Below are positions 1 through 8,930 of a DNA stretch of 64,000 bases, in pieces (positions within the stretch are counted from its first letter, which is position 1; the number at the start of each line of letters is the position of its first letter). The stretch is taken from assembly GCA_965203355.1 (NCBI GenBank), contig OZ241889.1, positions 3,424,001 through 3,488,000 of the forward strand, in the 5' to 3' direction. This DNA is from Candidatus Latescibacterota bacterium. GTDB taxonomy: Bacteria > Latescibacterota > UBA2968 > UBA8231. The translations under genes and the position numbers were made by a program. Under the pieces are notes generated by a model. The model did not search any database, had not been told where the DNA came from, and saw only the letters and a program-made list of their open reading frames with translations.

Positions 1-295
1 AGAGGCGTGCGCGGCGCACCCGCCCTTCGCGCGTGCGCTCAATTTTGGCGATGCGCGGCGAGTGCAGAGGAAAGATGCGCTCAATGGCGATGCCCTGAGT
101 GATTTTGCGCACGGTAAAGGTCTCTTGGATGCCGCTGCCTTTGCGCTGGATGACGGTTCCCTCAAAGATTTGGGTGCGTTCCTTGTCGCCTTCGATGACG
201 CGCACGTGGAGGCGCACGGTGTCGCCCGCGCTGAATTCAGGGAGATCGGTTTTGAGTTGGTCCGCGGTTAGTTCGCGCTGGATACTTGCGTCCAT
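1..295 (-). CDS. rplS: 50S ribosomal protein L19 (3' end outside window)
   Basis: Translated by hand from ATG at 295: [64 protein letters not shown]...ERIFPLHSP. Lies downstream of trmD. Confidence 0.97.
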   Translation of the reverse strand, partial: MDASIQRELTADQLKTDLPEFSAGDTVRLHVRVIEGDKERTQIFEGTVIQRKGSGIQETFTVRKITQGIAIERIFPLHSPRIAKIERTREGRVRRARL

Positions 296-311
296 TGTAT
301 CACCTTGTTTG

Positions 312-1052
312 TTACGGGGCTTTTTCCAGCCCTTGCTCCCGCCAAGTGGCGATGAGTTGTTGTTCTTCTTCGTCGAGTTCGATCTGTTGCAGCAAGTCGG
401 GCCGGCGCGCAAACGTGCGCCGCAAGGCTTGGCGTCGCCGCCAGTGCTCTATGCGCTCGTGGTCGCCGGAAAGCAGGGCATCCGGGACGCGCTGCCCGCG
501 GAATTCAACTGGCCGCGTGTACCAAGGGCAATCGAGTACGGCCTCTTGGAACGAGTCGTCCAAGGCCGAAGAGAAGTTGCCCAAAACGTTGGGTATGAGC
601 CGCACCACCGCGTCGATGAGGACTAGGGCGGCCGGCTCGCCGCCAGTGAGCACGTAGTCGCCGATTGAAATTTCTTGGTCGATAAGCCCAGTGCGAATCC
701 GCTCATCTACTCCTTTGTAATGCCCGCACAACAGCACCAACCGCTCCGCTAGCGCCAGTTCGACGGCGAGGGCTTGATTGAGCGGCTGGCCGTCGGCCGT
801 CAGGTAAATGCAGCGGCCAGCCGCGAGGCCCCGCTCCTGCCAAAGCTGGTACACCGGCTCGGGCTTGAGGACCATGCCGCCGCCGCCGCCGTAAGGCGCG
901 TCATCCACGGTGCGGTATGCGTCGGTCGCACAATCGCGCGGGTCGTGGGTCTCGACGGTCAACAGGTTGCGGGCGATGGCGCGGGCCATCATGCTGGTCG
1001 CCAACGGCGAGGTAAAGAAATCTGGAAAGAGGGTTACGATGTCTATTTTCAT
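312..1052 (-). CDS. trmD: tRNA (guanine37-N1)-methyltransferase
   Basis: Motifs [28 protein letters not shown] and [11 protein letters not shown]; conserved operon position. Confidence 0.98.
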   Translation of the reverse strand: MKIDIVTLFPDFFTSPLATSMMARAIARNLLTVETHDPRDCATDAYRTVDDAPYGGGGGMVLKPEPVYQLWQERGLAAGRCIYLTADGQPLNQALAVELALAERLVLLCGHYKGVDERIRTGLIDQEISIGDYVLTGGEPAALVLIDAVVRLIPNVLGNFSSALDDSFQEAVLDCPWYTRPVEFRGQRVPDALLSGDHERIEHWRRRQALRRTFARRPDLLQQIELDEEEQQLIATWREQGLEKAP

Positions 1053-1558
1053 GGCTCAAATAGCGCTTCAATGCCTCGCACGACGACCCGCCCCGGCGCG
1101 ATTTCCACGACAAAGTCGCCGACAGCCGGCACGAGGGCTTCGCCTTTAGGTCCGCGGACCACGTAAACGTCGGTCGTCGGCATGGATAAGACCTCGACGA
1201 TGCGACCCAATGAGTGCCCCGCCGAATTGACGACCGCGCAATCCACAATGTCGTCGATGTAGTGCGTGCCTTCCGGTAGGGGATCGCGCTGGTCCGGGGC
1301 GATGGTAACGTAGCCACCGGCCAGCATGGAACGCGCCTGTTCGGGCGAGTCAATGCCCGCGAATTTGAGCAACAAGCTCTTGGCATCTGTGCGCCAGCAC
1401 TCGAGTTCGAGCGGCTGGTCGGCTCGGCCCGCGCATTGGACGACGACGCGCCGCAGGTCGCTGAAGCGCTCGACGCGGTGCGTCAGGGCCTCGGCCCGGA
1501 CTTCGCCGCGCACGCCCCACGGGCGGGAGATATAGGCTACGGCGACGCGCCCAGCCAT
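1049..1558 (-). CDS. rimM: Ribosome maturation factor RimM
   Basis: N-terminal PWGVRGEV and C-terminal PRC barrel (DVYVV...LVPAV); located between rpsP and trmD. Confidence 0.93.
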   Translation of the reverse strand: MAGRVAVAYISRPWGVRGEVRAEALTHRVERFSDLRRVVVQCAGRADQPLELECWRTDAKSLLLKFAGIDSPEQARSMLAGGYVTIAPDQRDPLPEGTHYIDDIVDCAVVNSAGHSLGRIVEVLSMPTTDVYVVRGPKGEALVPAVGDFVVEIAPGRVVVRGIEALFEP

Positions 1559-1570
1559 GCGGTGGTCCCT

Positions 1571-1939
1571 CTATTTTTCTTCTGGCTCGCCCGATTCAGC
1601 GGCTGCTTGCTCGGCGGGCACTGCCGCCGCTTGCTTGCGCCGGCGCTTGGGCTTGTCGCCAGCGAGGGCGTCGGCGCGCACCCGGCCTGCTTGGCCTTTC
1701 CAGCGGGCCAAGACTCCTTGGCTGTGGAAGAGGTCGGCGACGGTCTCGCTCATCTGCGCCCCTTTGTTGAGCCACTCAATGGCCCGCTCTTCGTCGATTT
1801 TGACGCTGGCGTGCAGGGGGTCGTAGAGGCCCACCTCGGCGAGGGTGCGGCCGTTGCGGGCGACGCTGGCGTGGGTGGCGACGATCCGGTAGTAAGGCTG
1901 TTTGCGTTTGCCTATTCTCTTAAGGCGAAGTTTGACCAA
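1571..1939 (-). CDS. rpsP: 30S ribosomal protein S16
   Basis: MVKLRLKRIGKRKQPYYRIVA...VGLYDP...WLNKGAQMSETV. Confidence 0.98.
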   Translation of the reverse strand: MVKLRLKRIGKRKQPYYRIVATHASVARNGRTLAEVGLYDPLHASVKIDEERAIEWLNKGAQMSETVADLFHSQGVLARWKGQAGRVRADALAGDKPKRRRKQAAAVPAEQAAAESGEPEEK

Positions 1940-1964
1940 TGCTATTCTCCTTGGCGAAGGATGC

Positions 1965-3293
1965 CTAGCCCACGAAGGGCTTTTTCATTTTTAAGCGACC
2001 GCCTTTGGCGCGGCCCATTTGCCTGAGCATTTTCTGCATCATTTGGAATTGTTTGACCAACTGGTTTACCTCCTGAACGGTCGTGCCGCTGCCGCGGGCG
2101 ATGCGCTTGCGGCGGCTCCCGTTGAGAATTTTGGGTTGAACTCGCTCTTGGCGGGTCATGGAATTGACGATGGCCTCGACTTGCGTGAACGCGCTGTCGT
2201 CGATCTGCATGTTCTTGGTGGCCTTACCGGCTCCGGGAATCATGCTCATGAGCTGGTCGAGCGGCCCCATGCGGCGCACGGCTTGCAACTGCGAAAGGAA
2301 ATCTTCAAAAGTGAAAGAGGCCCGGCGGAGCTTTTCTTCTAGCTGTTTGGCTTTGTCGCGCTCCATGGCTTGCTCGGCCTTTTCCACGAGCGAGACCACG
2401 TCGCCCATGCCGAGGATGCGCGAGGCCATGCGGTCGGGGTGAAAAGACGCTAGGTCTTCGATTTTTTCGCCCGTGCCGACGAACTTGATCGGCTGGCCGG
2501 TGACGGCGCGTATCGACAGGGCCGCGCCGCCGCGGGCATCGCTGTCGAGCTTGGTTAGGATGCAGCCGGTAAACGCGAGACGCTGGTTGAAGCGGGCGGC
2601 AGTCTCTACCGCATCTTGGCCCTGCATGCTGTCGGCGACAAAGAGAATCTCATGCGGCTCAACGGCCTGCTGGATGCGGTCCAACTCGTCCATCATCTCT
2701 TCGTCGATACTCAGGCGGCCCGCCGTGTCTATGAGCGCGATGCTGCGATGGGTTTGTCGAGCTTGGTCGATGCCGCGGCGACAGATGGCGACTGGATCGA
2801 CGCCTGCGGGCTGGCTGAAGACGGGCACGTTGATAGAGGCCCCTAGCGATTGGAGCTGGGCTACGGCTGCCGGGCGATACACGTCGGCGGCAATCAGTAG
2901 TGGTGGGCGACCCCTTTCCTTGAACTGGCGGGCCAACTTGGCGGCCATAGTTGTCTTGCCACAGCCCTGTAAGCCGACGAGCACGACGACGGTGGGTGGG
3001 TACTCGGCGAGGTTGAGCGGGCTGTTGTTGCCCCCGAGCAAGGCGATGAGTTCGCTGTGGACGATTTTGACTAGCTGCTGGCCCGGGGTCAGGCTCTTGA
3101 GGACATCTTGGCCGAGGGCTTGCTCTTTGATCCGCTGAATAAAGTCCTTGGCGACTTTGAAATTGACGTCGGCTTCGAGCAGAGAGCGACGAATTTGGCG
3201 CAGCGTATCGTCGATGTTGCGCTCGGTGATGCGCCCCTGCCCGCGGAGCGAGCGGAATAGGTCGTCAAAGCGTTCGCTGAGTCGGTCAAACAT
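1965..3293 (-). CDS. ffh: Signal recognition particle protein Ffh
   Basis: Start trimmed to MFDRLSERF. Contains GLQGCGKTT, DTAGR, TKLD and a Met-rich M domain (SRRKRIARGSG). Confidence 0.98.
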   Translation of the reverse strand: MFDRLSERFDDLFRSLRGQGRITERNIDDTLRQIRRSLLEADVNFKVAKDFIQRIKEQALGQDVLKSLTPGQQLVKIVHSELIALLGGNNSPLNLAEYPPTVVVLVGLQGCGKTTMAAKLARQFKERGRPPLLIAADVYRPAAVAQLQSLGASINVPVFSQPAGVDPVAICRRGIDQARQTHRSIALIDTAGRLSIDEEMMDELDRIQQAVEPHEILFVADSMQGQDAVETAARFNQRLAFTGCILTKLDSDARGGAALSIRAVTGQPIKFVGTGEKIEDLASFHPDRMASRILGMGDVVSLVEKAEQAMERDKAKQLEEKLRRASFTFEDFLSQLQAVRRMGPLDQLMSMIPGAGKATKNMQIDDSAFTQVEAIVNSMTRQERVQPKILNGSRRKRIARGSGTTVQEVNQLVKQFQMMQKMLRQMGRAKGGRLKMKKPFVG

Positions 3294-3383
3294 GGGCCGA
3301 TGCGTCGAGTGGTAGAATGGGACAAAGAAGTCAAAATATAAATTTAATATATAGATATAGCAACAGAAGCCGGTCTGCCGATA

Positions 3384-3490
3384 GTGGTACGTTTTGAAAT
3401 TTAGCTTTACTCCCGTTGCACGGGTCGCTCTCGCTCGGCCTGAGCCGCGGCGACCCAAGCCCGATCTCAACCGTACCGCGACAATTGGAG
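3384..3490 (+). repeat. Dispersed ~100-bp MITE-like repeat, copy 1
   Basis: Core AGCTTTACTCCCGTTG...CCCAAGCCCGA..TCAACCGTACC.CGACAATTGGAG, shared with 8931-9019 (direct) and ~33365-33450 (inverted). Imperfect terminal inverted repeats GTGGTACG / CGTACCGC and an internal GGGTCGC/GCGACCC stem. Confidence 0.75.
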
Positions 3491-3617
3491 ATTTCAAAAC
3501 GCATCACGACCGAATGATTTGGCGGTGCAGGGTAGTTGCCGACTTTGACCATAGAAATGGGACCCGGCAGCGGTGGGGGGGCAAACCAGTGCGCTGTCTA
3601 ATTTCTAACATGGACAT

Positions 3618-3869
3618 CCCAGAACATCGGGGTCCCATTTCCGTGCCTTGCGGTGTCGCGTGTGCTACTTGAGCAGCAGCATCTTCTGGACGGCGAGGAA
3701 GTCGCCGCCCGCTCGCAAGTGGTCCTGTAGGCTGTCGATCTGACGTTCATAAGAAAATGGGACCCCAGAACATCGGGGTCCCATTTCCGTGTCTTGCGGT
3801 GTCGTGGATGTTACTTGAGCAGCAGCATCTTCTGGACGGCGAGGAAGTCGCCGCCCGCTTGCAAGCGGT
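3618..3869 (-). repeat. Tandem duplication (period 146 bp) of the 3' end of surface protein A plus its terminator
   Basis: 3665-3723 repeats 3811-3869 and encodes HLRAGGDFLAVQKMLLLK*. The flanking CCCAGAACATCGGGGTCCCATTTCCGTG is also duplicated. Confidence 0.92.
3751..3786 (-). terminator. Intrinsic terminator of surface protein A
   Basis: Perfect 12-bp stem AAATGGGACCCC/GGGGTCCCATTT with an 8-nt loop, about 25 nt after the stop; U-rich 3' side on the minus strand. Confidence 0.8.
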
Positions 3870-6800
3870 AGAAGTACATCCCCGACGACACGCTCTGGCC
3901 GCTATCGTTGGTCGCGTCCCACTCCACCGCGTAGCGACCGGCACTCTGATGCTCGGCGACCAGCGTCCGAATCGGCTGACCCAACACGTTATACACGGTC
4001 AGCCCCACGTCCGCCGCCTGCGGCAACGCATACTGAATCGTCGTCTGCGGGTTGAACGGGTTGGGATAGTTGGCTGCCAGCGAGAACACAGCCGGGCGCG
4101 TCTGCACCGAAATCGGCGCGGGCAATGCCAGCCGGTTGAAGCCCAACGCCCGGTCATACGTCTGGCTGTCGGTGATTTCGAGGGTCGTGTGCTCGATCTC
4201 GGTCGTCGGCCGGAAGACTAAGCGCAGCATCAGCTCGCCATCGGCAACGACATCGCCGTGCGCGGCTACCGTCAACACGCCCGCTTGGTCGGCCAGTACC
4301 TGCGGCGTAGCGAATGCGCTATCGCCCAGCGGCTGATCGGTCTGCGCCTCGACGAAAGTTAGCTGGTCGGCGTCATACGCTATCTGCAAGCCGTAGCCTT
4401 TGACCGCTACGAAGTCGGTCAACCGCACATTAACGACGAAATCCTCTCCCACGCTCGGCAGGGCTGTCGGCGCGTCCAGATACAGCCGCGCATCCGCATT
4501 CAGCCCGGCCTGCAACGCCACCGGCTTGCCAGCGCCGCTGTTGAACCGATCGAACAACGAACCGAGGTCGACAAAATCCAGCATCGCGTTGATTGTAATC
4601 GTGAACATCAGCGAGACGCTTTCGTCGCCCGCTATGGCCGTGTAGGTGACCTCAACGGCCCCATCGGTCGCCGCTTCCGGCGTCCCGGAAATCGTCCGGG
4701 TCGCCGCGTCAAACGACAGCCCGGCTGGCAGACCCGACACGCTATACGTGATGGCTCCCTCGCCGCCCAGTGCCATCGGCAGTTCCAACGAGTGAATCGC
4801 CGTGCCCGCCGTATAGGCATGTGCGGCAATCGAAGCACCCTCGACGAAAGACAAGGGAATCATCATCTCCTTATCGTCCATCATGCTGCGGTCCGTGTCC
4901 GTCAGCACCAGCGTCGCCGAACCCGCCGTCAAACCCGGTATCATCGCGTTGATCACAATCGTCTCGTCACCTTCGGCCATGCCGTCGGCTGTCGGATCAA
5001 CCAACAGGCGGGTCGAACCCATAATCGAACCGGCGGCAATGGTAATCGTTGGATCGAACAGGGCCGAGTAGTCCGTGTCGCGGGTGGCACTACTCGAAAT
5101 CTCATCAATCGAAACGGTCGCCGTGGCGTCCTCGGCCAACGGCTTGCCGTCCAGCGCGGCCATGACCATTACTTCCGTCAACTCGGCGGACTCGCTGAGC
5201 GCGCTCGGCATCACCGACACGACCAAAGACGTGCTGGCGGTCTCGTCGTCGGAAATCCGCAAGTCCACCTGCCCCCAGCCGCCCGAAGACACCGCCCGGA
5301 TCCCCAAGTGCTTATGACCGTCCGCCGAAGCGTTGTCAATCGGCGATAGGAAAAGCGTCGTCGAACCGACCTTTTCCCCGGCCGCAATGGTGATCGTCCC
5401 CGCCAACGTCGCGGTGTAATCCACGTCGCGGGTGGCCATCGCGCCGCTGGCGGGCGGCACAATCGTGAAGCGGACCGTCTCAGCCGCCGGAGCCGCCTCT
5501 GACAAGGTCGCTGTAATTCGGATTTCAGCCGTGTCGCCGTTTTCGCGCACGGCCGATTGCGAAGCCATCACACTGGCGACGCCCACGGTGACCGGCGGGG
5601 CCTCGCTGACCGTGATGGTGAAGGTCTTTGCGCCGCTATCGCCGTCGCCATCGATCACCGTATAGAAGACTTCCGACATACCCGCCATCGTCGGCGTTCC
5701 CGAAAGCGTCCGCGTCGCCGCGTCAAACGACAGACCCATCGGCAGGTCCGACGAGACCCTGTACCGCAGCGTTCCTTGGCCGCCCGTCGCCGCGGGCAAC
5801 ACCGCGCTGAACGCTTGACCTACCGTCGCTTCAAAGGCTAACGCCCCAGCGCCGAAACTCGGTCGTCCCGTGTCCGCGGGCGTATCCGAAGAACCAGAAT
5901 CATCCGTCATCGCCGCGTCTTTCAGCGTAATCTTCGCGGTGCTGACGGTGATCTTGTCGGCGTCTTGGTTCTTGAGATTGTCCGTGAGTTGCTTGATCGT
6001 GATCGTCTCGTCGTTGTCGTCTTTGCCGTCGTTGACCGGCTTGATCGTGATCGTCGTCGAGCCGGTGATCGCGCCGTGCGGAATCGTCAGCGAGCTAAGT
6101 GCTGCCGTGTAATCAACGTCCCGCGTCGCCGACTTGTCCGGCGTCCGATCCACGACCAAGGTGATCGTCGCCGCCGCGTCGAGCACCTTGCCGTCTAACG
6201 TGCCCGTAACCGTAACCGTCGTCGCCCCGGCGTCCTCTTTGATTTCACTCGGATTGACCGACAGCGTAATTTTTTCGCTCAGCGTCTCATCATCCGTGAT
6301 CGTGAACGTCTCCTCCTTCATCTGATCTTTTTCGTCGCCGACCTTCGCTTTTACCGTGAACGTCCACGGATCATTCTTACCGCTGTTGTTCGTCGGGGTG
6401 ACGCGCAGCATGGCCGTGCCTTTGGTGTCGCCGGCCGGGATCGTCAAGCCCTCAATGACCTCCACCTCGTAATGCACATCGCGCGTCCCGGAAGAACCCG
6501 GCGTAATCTGAAAGTCCACCGTCTTAGAGCCGGTTAAGGCCGCCGCCAATTCAACGTTCATCGCAACGTCCGTCGCCCCGCTTTCCTCGCGGATCGTCGC
6601 CGGACTCAGCGTAAATTTTTTGATCTGCGCCACCGCAACGTCCTCAACCGTGATGATGCCCGGATTGACCTTAATACGAACGACAAAAGAGTCCACATAC
6701 TTTAGCGTTACGGCCGCATCTCCGTAATTCCTCTGGAAAGTATCGCCGAAGTCGTTATCGCCGTTAAAGTCGATTTGATAACCATGTGAGACTTTTCGTT

Positions 6801-8310
6801 TGGATGGTACCTCGGTGATGCCAGGACCGCCGGTGGTCCAATCAGCGCACGTTTGTGGGTTCGAATCCGTTGCATCGAATAAGCAGAGACCTACCTCCGA
6901 TACTACCTTACCCTGGGGCACCACATACTCATCTAAAAGATCGCCATCCGCGAAAAGGTCGATCCCCAAGTCTGCTTCTACCAAGACGGTCCCCGCAGGT
7001 ACGACATCGGAATCTTTATAACTCGTATTTTGGTAATCCCACCCAAAAAACCCATCACCCTCTGGGTCTGTTCCAATATCCCCATCGCCGTTTAAGTCTA
7101 TACCGATACTTCGGAGGGTCTTTGTGGAGCCTTTAATAAATTGGTCGATATAAGTATTGCTATACTTCATAGCCTCTACTAGAGTCGTGCCTTCTGACAG
7201 GGTAAAACCATCGTCATCAAAGCTACCATCAAGATTAAGGTCGATCCGGACCCGCCGCCCCTCACTGTTCTGCCGTTTTAACTTCAGAATCAGCGTATCA
7301 CTACTGGCCTTCAGCACGATCTGGCCCGCCTTATCTTTCGGATCGAGAGTGAACGTAGTCGTCCCTTCAATCTTACGCCGCGGAACGGTCAGCTTCCCCA
7401 GACCACTAAGCGAGTAATGCACATCGCGCGTCAACGTATCGCTGGCAGCCCCCTTGCCCTCAACAATAGCCAATTGGGTTTCAAGGGTTTCAAGGGCTTG
7501 GGTCTTAAACGCACGGCCATCCAACGTCGCCGTCAATTCAATCGGAGTCGCATCCGCCTGCTTGCTGAGCTTGGACGGCTTAAAAGAAAGGTCGATGTTT
7601 TCGGACAACATCTCATCGTCAATCAGCTCCACATACATTCTCGAATACGTTTTTGTGTATACCTTGAAGCGTATAACAGGATGCTCACCGCCAATATATT
7701 CGTCAGACCGTTTGAAACCAGTTTTATATTTACCACTTTCAAACCGAAACATGATAGGGATATTACCTCCACCGACTAAATCCTCGTTGTTGGCTGGTCG
7801 AGCAAAGCCGTCGTCTTCGAGATTACGCTGAGTTGCAGTTAAATCAATAAAGATAGGCAAAGCCGGACTCATAGCCTGCCTCTCATAGTGATTCCATACT
7901 TTTCTTGTGACATCGGCCTCTGTGGCTGTGGGTGAGGTTGTGAAAGGTCCGACTCGCTTATTGTCTATCGGGGTTATGGTCAGCGTTCCAGTCGCCTTTT
8001 TCTCGCCCTTCTTAATCACGAAATTGGGGGTGGATAAGGTGAAGAAGCCGCCGAGATACTTTGAATAGGGACGCTCATCATCAAAAAGCATCGCAACGCG
8101 AATATCTTCGGTCGCCGCCTTCCCATCCTTTGTTTCTAAGGTCACCGTAATATCTTGTGCCCCCCTGTCCTCGCGGATCAAAACCCGGTCAAAGGAGACG
8201 AATAGGCTATCTTGGGCCGTGGCTTCCCCGGCCAACAGCAAGCTGGCCGCTAGCAACAAAGGCACAAACGCCAACCGCGGCATCGGCACGGACAACTTCG
8301 CATGTATCAT
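3811..8310 (-). CDS. Giant secreted surface protein A (1499 aa): signal peptide, Calx-beta-like and putative Ig (He_PIG-like) repeats, DxxxDG Ca-binding loops, cohesin-like domain, FlgD/T9SS-A-like C-terminal sorting domain
   Basis: Signal peptide ending AGEATA-Q, repeated TRDVDY/LPxGLSFDAATRTxSGTP motifs, and C-terminal NYPNPFNPQTTIQY...GMYFYRLQAG...KMLLLK. Domain names are assigned by motif recognition only. Confidence 0.88.
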   Translation of the reverse strand: MIHAKLSVPMPRLAFVPLLLAASLLLAGEATAQDSLFVSFDRVLIREDRGAQDITVTLETKDGKAATEDIRVAMLFDDERPYSKYLGGFFTLSTPNFVIKKGEKKATGTLTITPIDNKRVGPFTTSPTATEADVTRKVWNHYERQAMSPALPIFIDLTATQRNLEDDGFARPANNEDLVGGGNIPIMFRFESGKYKTGFKRSDEYIGGEHPVIRFKVYTKTYSRMYVELIDDEMLSENIDLSFKPSKLSKQADATPIELTATLDGRAFKTQALETLETQLAIVEGKGAASDTLTRDVHYSLSGLGKLTVPRRKIEGTTTFTLDPKDKAGQIVLKASSDTLILKLKRQNSEGRRVRIDLNLDGSFDDDGFTLSEGTTLVEAMKYSNTYIDQFIKGSTKTLRSIGIDLNGDGDIGTDPEGDGFFGWDYQNTSYKDSDVVPAGTVLVEADLGIDLFADGDLLDEYVVPQGKVVSEVGLCLFDATDSNPQTCADWTTGGPGITEVPSKRKVSHGYQIDFNGDNDFGDTFQRNYGDAAVTLKYVDSFVVRIKVNPGIITVEDVAVAQIKKFTLSPATIREESGATDVAMNVELAAALTGSKTVDFQITPGSSGTRDVHYEVEVIEGLTIPAGDTKGTAMLRVTPTNNSGKNDPWTFTVKAKVGDEKDQMKEETFTITDDETLSEKITLSVNPSEIKEDAGATTVTVTGTLDGKVLDAAATITLVVDRTPDKSATRDVDYTAALSSLTIPHGAITGSTTITIKPVNDGKDDNDETITIKQLTDNLKNQDADKITVSTAKITLKDAAMTDDSGSSDTPADTGRPSFGAGALAFEATVGQAFSAVLPAATGGQGTLRYRVSSDLPMGLSFDAATRTLSGTPTMAGMSEVFYTVIDGDGDSGAKTFTITVSEAPPVTVGVASVMASQSAVRENGDTAEIRITATLSEAAPAAETVRFTIVPPASGAMATRDVDYTATLAGTITIAAGEKVGSTTLFLSPIDNASADGHKHLGIRAVSSGGWGQVDLRISDDETASTSLVVSVMPSALSESAELTEVMVMAALDGKPLAEDATATVSIDEISSSATRDTDYSALFDPTITIAAGSIMGSTRLLVDPTADGMAEGDETIVINAMIPGLTAGSATLVLTDTDRSMMDDKEMMIPLSFVEGASIAAHAYTAGTAIHSLELPMALGGEGAITYSVSGLPAGLSFDAATRTISGTPEAATDGAVEVTYTAIAGDESVSLMFTITINAMLDFVDLGSLFDRFNSGAGKPVALQAGLNADARLYLDAPTALPSVGEDFVVNVRLTDFVAVKGYGLQIAYDADQLTFVEAQTDQPLGDSAFATPQVLADQAGVLTVAAHGDVVADGELMLRLVFRPTTEIEHTTLEITDSQTYDRALGFNRLALPAPISVQTRPAVFSLAANYPNPFNPQTTIQYALPQAADVGLTVYNVLGQPIRTLVAEHQSAGRYAVEWDATNDSGQSVSSGMYFYRLQAGGDFLAVQKMLLLK

Positions 8311-8800
8311 GACTCAACCTCCTGAAGGAAAGCATCGCCCAAGGGCGAAAGGGAAGGGATAGAAGAAAATGGACTTAGCCGTAGAACTAAGCCGCTGCGT
8401 TCTTGCGTTTTTGCTACCGTTGAGCAAGACGAATCCCGCGCGGCGAGCGCGAGGCTACGACGTCGTCGGCCGATAACCGCGAGGCTACCGAGAATGGGGT
8501 TCGTTTGTGATGTGGATGGGTGGCCACTGACCACTGACCACTGGTCAGCGGGGCTTACCGACGCGGCCGGGCAGAATAAGGCCGTTTCCCGCTTCCGTAG
8601 AGGAAGGGGAGCGAGGCAAATAGGTTGGTGAGTGAAGCTAGGGCTTAATGCCCAAGAAAATTCGGGGGGGGGGGTAAGTGTTTGTTTTTTAACGACTTAT
8701 GACGATCAAGTCTCGACGTTATCGCAAGCGTAGAACAAGGCACCGCCATCAGCACCGCTCCCGGCGATGGCGTTCTTTGTGCTATTGACGTTGTGCCCAT
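8307..8800 (-). CDS. Leader ORF of surface protein A, currently frameshifted at a C11 tract (51 aa as sequenced; 164 aa ending in an ATGA overlap with the main start if C12)
   Basis: ATG 8800 gives MGTTSIAQRTPSPGAVLMAVPCSTLAITSRLDRHKSLKNKHLPPPPNFLGH* (stop 8645-8647). One extra C continues as EFSWALSPSFTHQPICLAPLPLRKRETALFCPAASVSPADQW...LQEVES*, homologous to ORF 32910-33245. Confidence 0.6.
8521..8548. repeat. Heptamer repeat TG(G/A)CCAC x3 followed by inverted unit TGGTCAG
   Basis: tggccac tgaccac tgaccac tggtcag; includes the palindrome CTGACCA-C-TGGTCAG. Confidence 0.7.
8664..8699. promoter_or_regulatory. G11 homopolymer followed by imperfect palindrome TAAGTGTTTG-N5-TAACGACTTA
   Basis: Read directly. 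The same arrangement (G12 plus palindrome) occurs at 33102-33138. Confidence 0.75.
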
Positions 8801-8894
8801 GTCCTGTTAATCCGACTAAGAATGCCGCCAGCGGCCGAGGTTCTATAACCCAAACGCAACGCGCCGCTGTGCGCTGTGAATTTCACACCTAACG

Positions 8895-8924
8895 ATTATA
8901 CAACCTCAGTTAAACGTTTGTCAA
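8895..8924 (-). promoter_or_regulatory. sigma70-type promoter of cassette A (TTGACA-N18-TATAAT)
   Basis: Perfect consensus boxes on the minus strand; equivalent TTGACA-N18-TAAAAT at 33327-33356. Confidence 0.8.
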
Positions 8925-8930
8925 ATGTAG

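Noticed and set aside
3618-3869. Tail duplicate as the template/variable repeat of a diversity-generating retroelement
   Set aside because: No reverse transcriptase in the window, and differences between copies are not confined to adenines.
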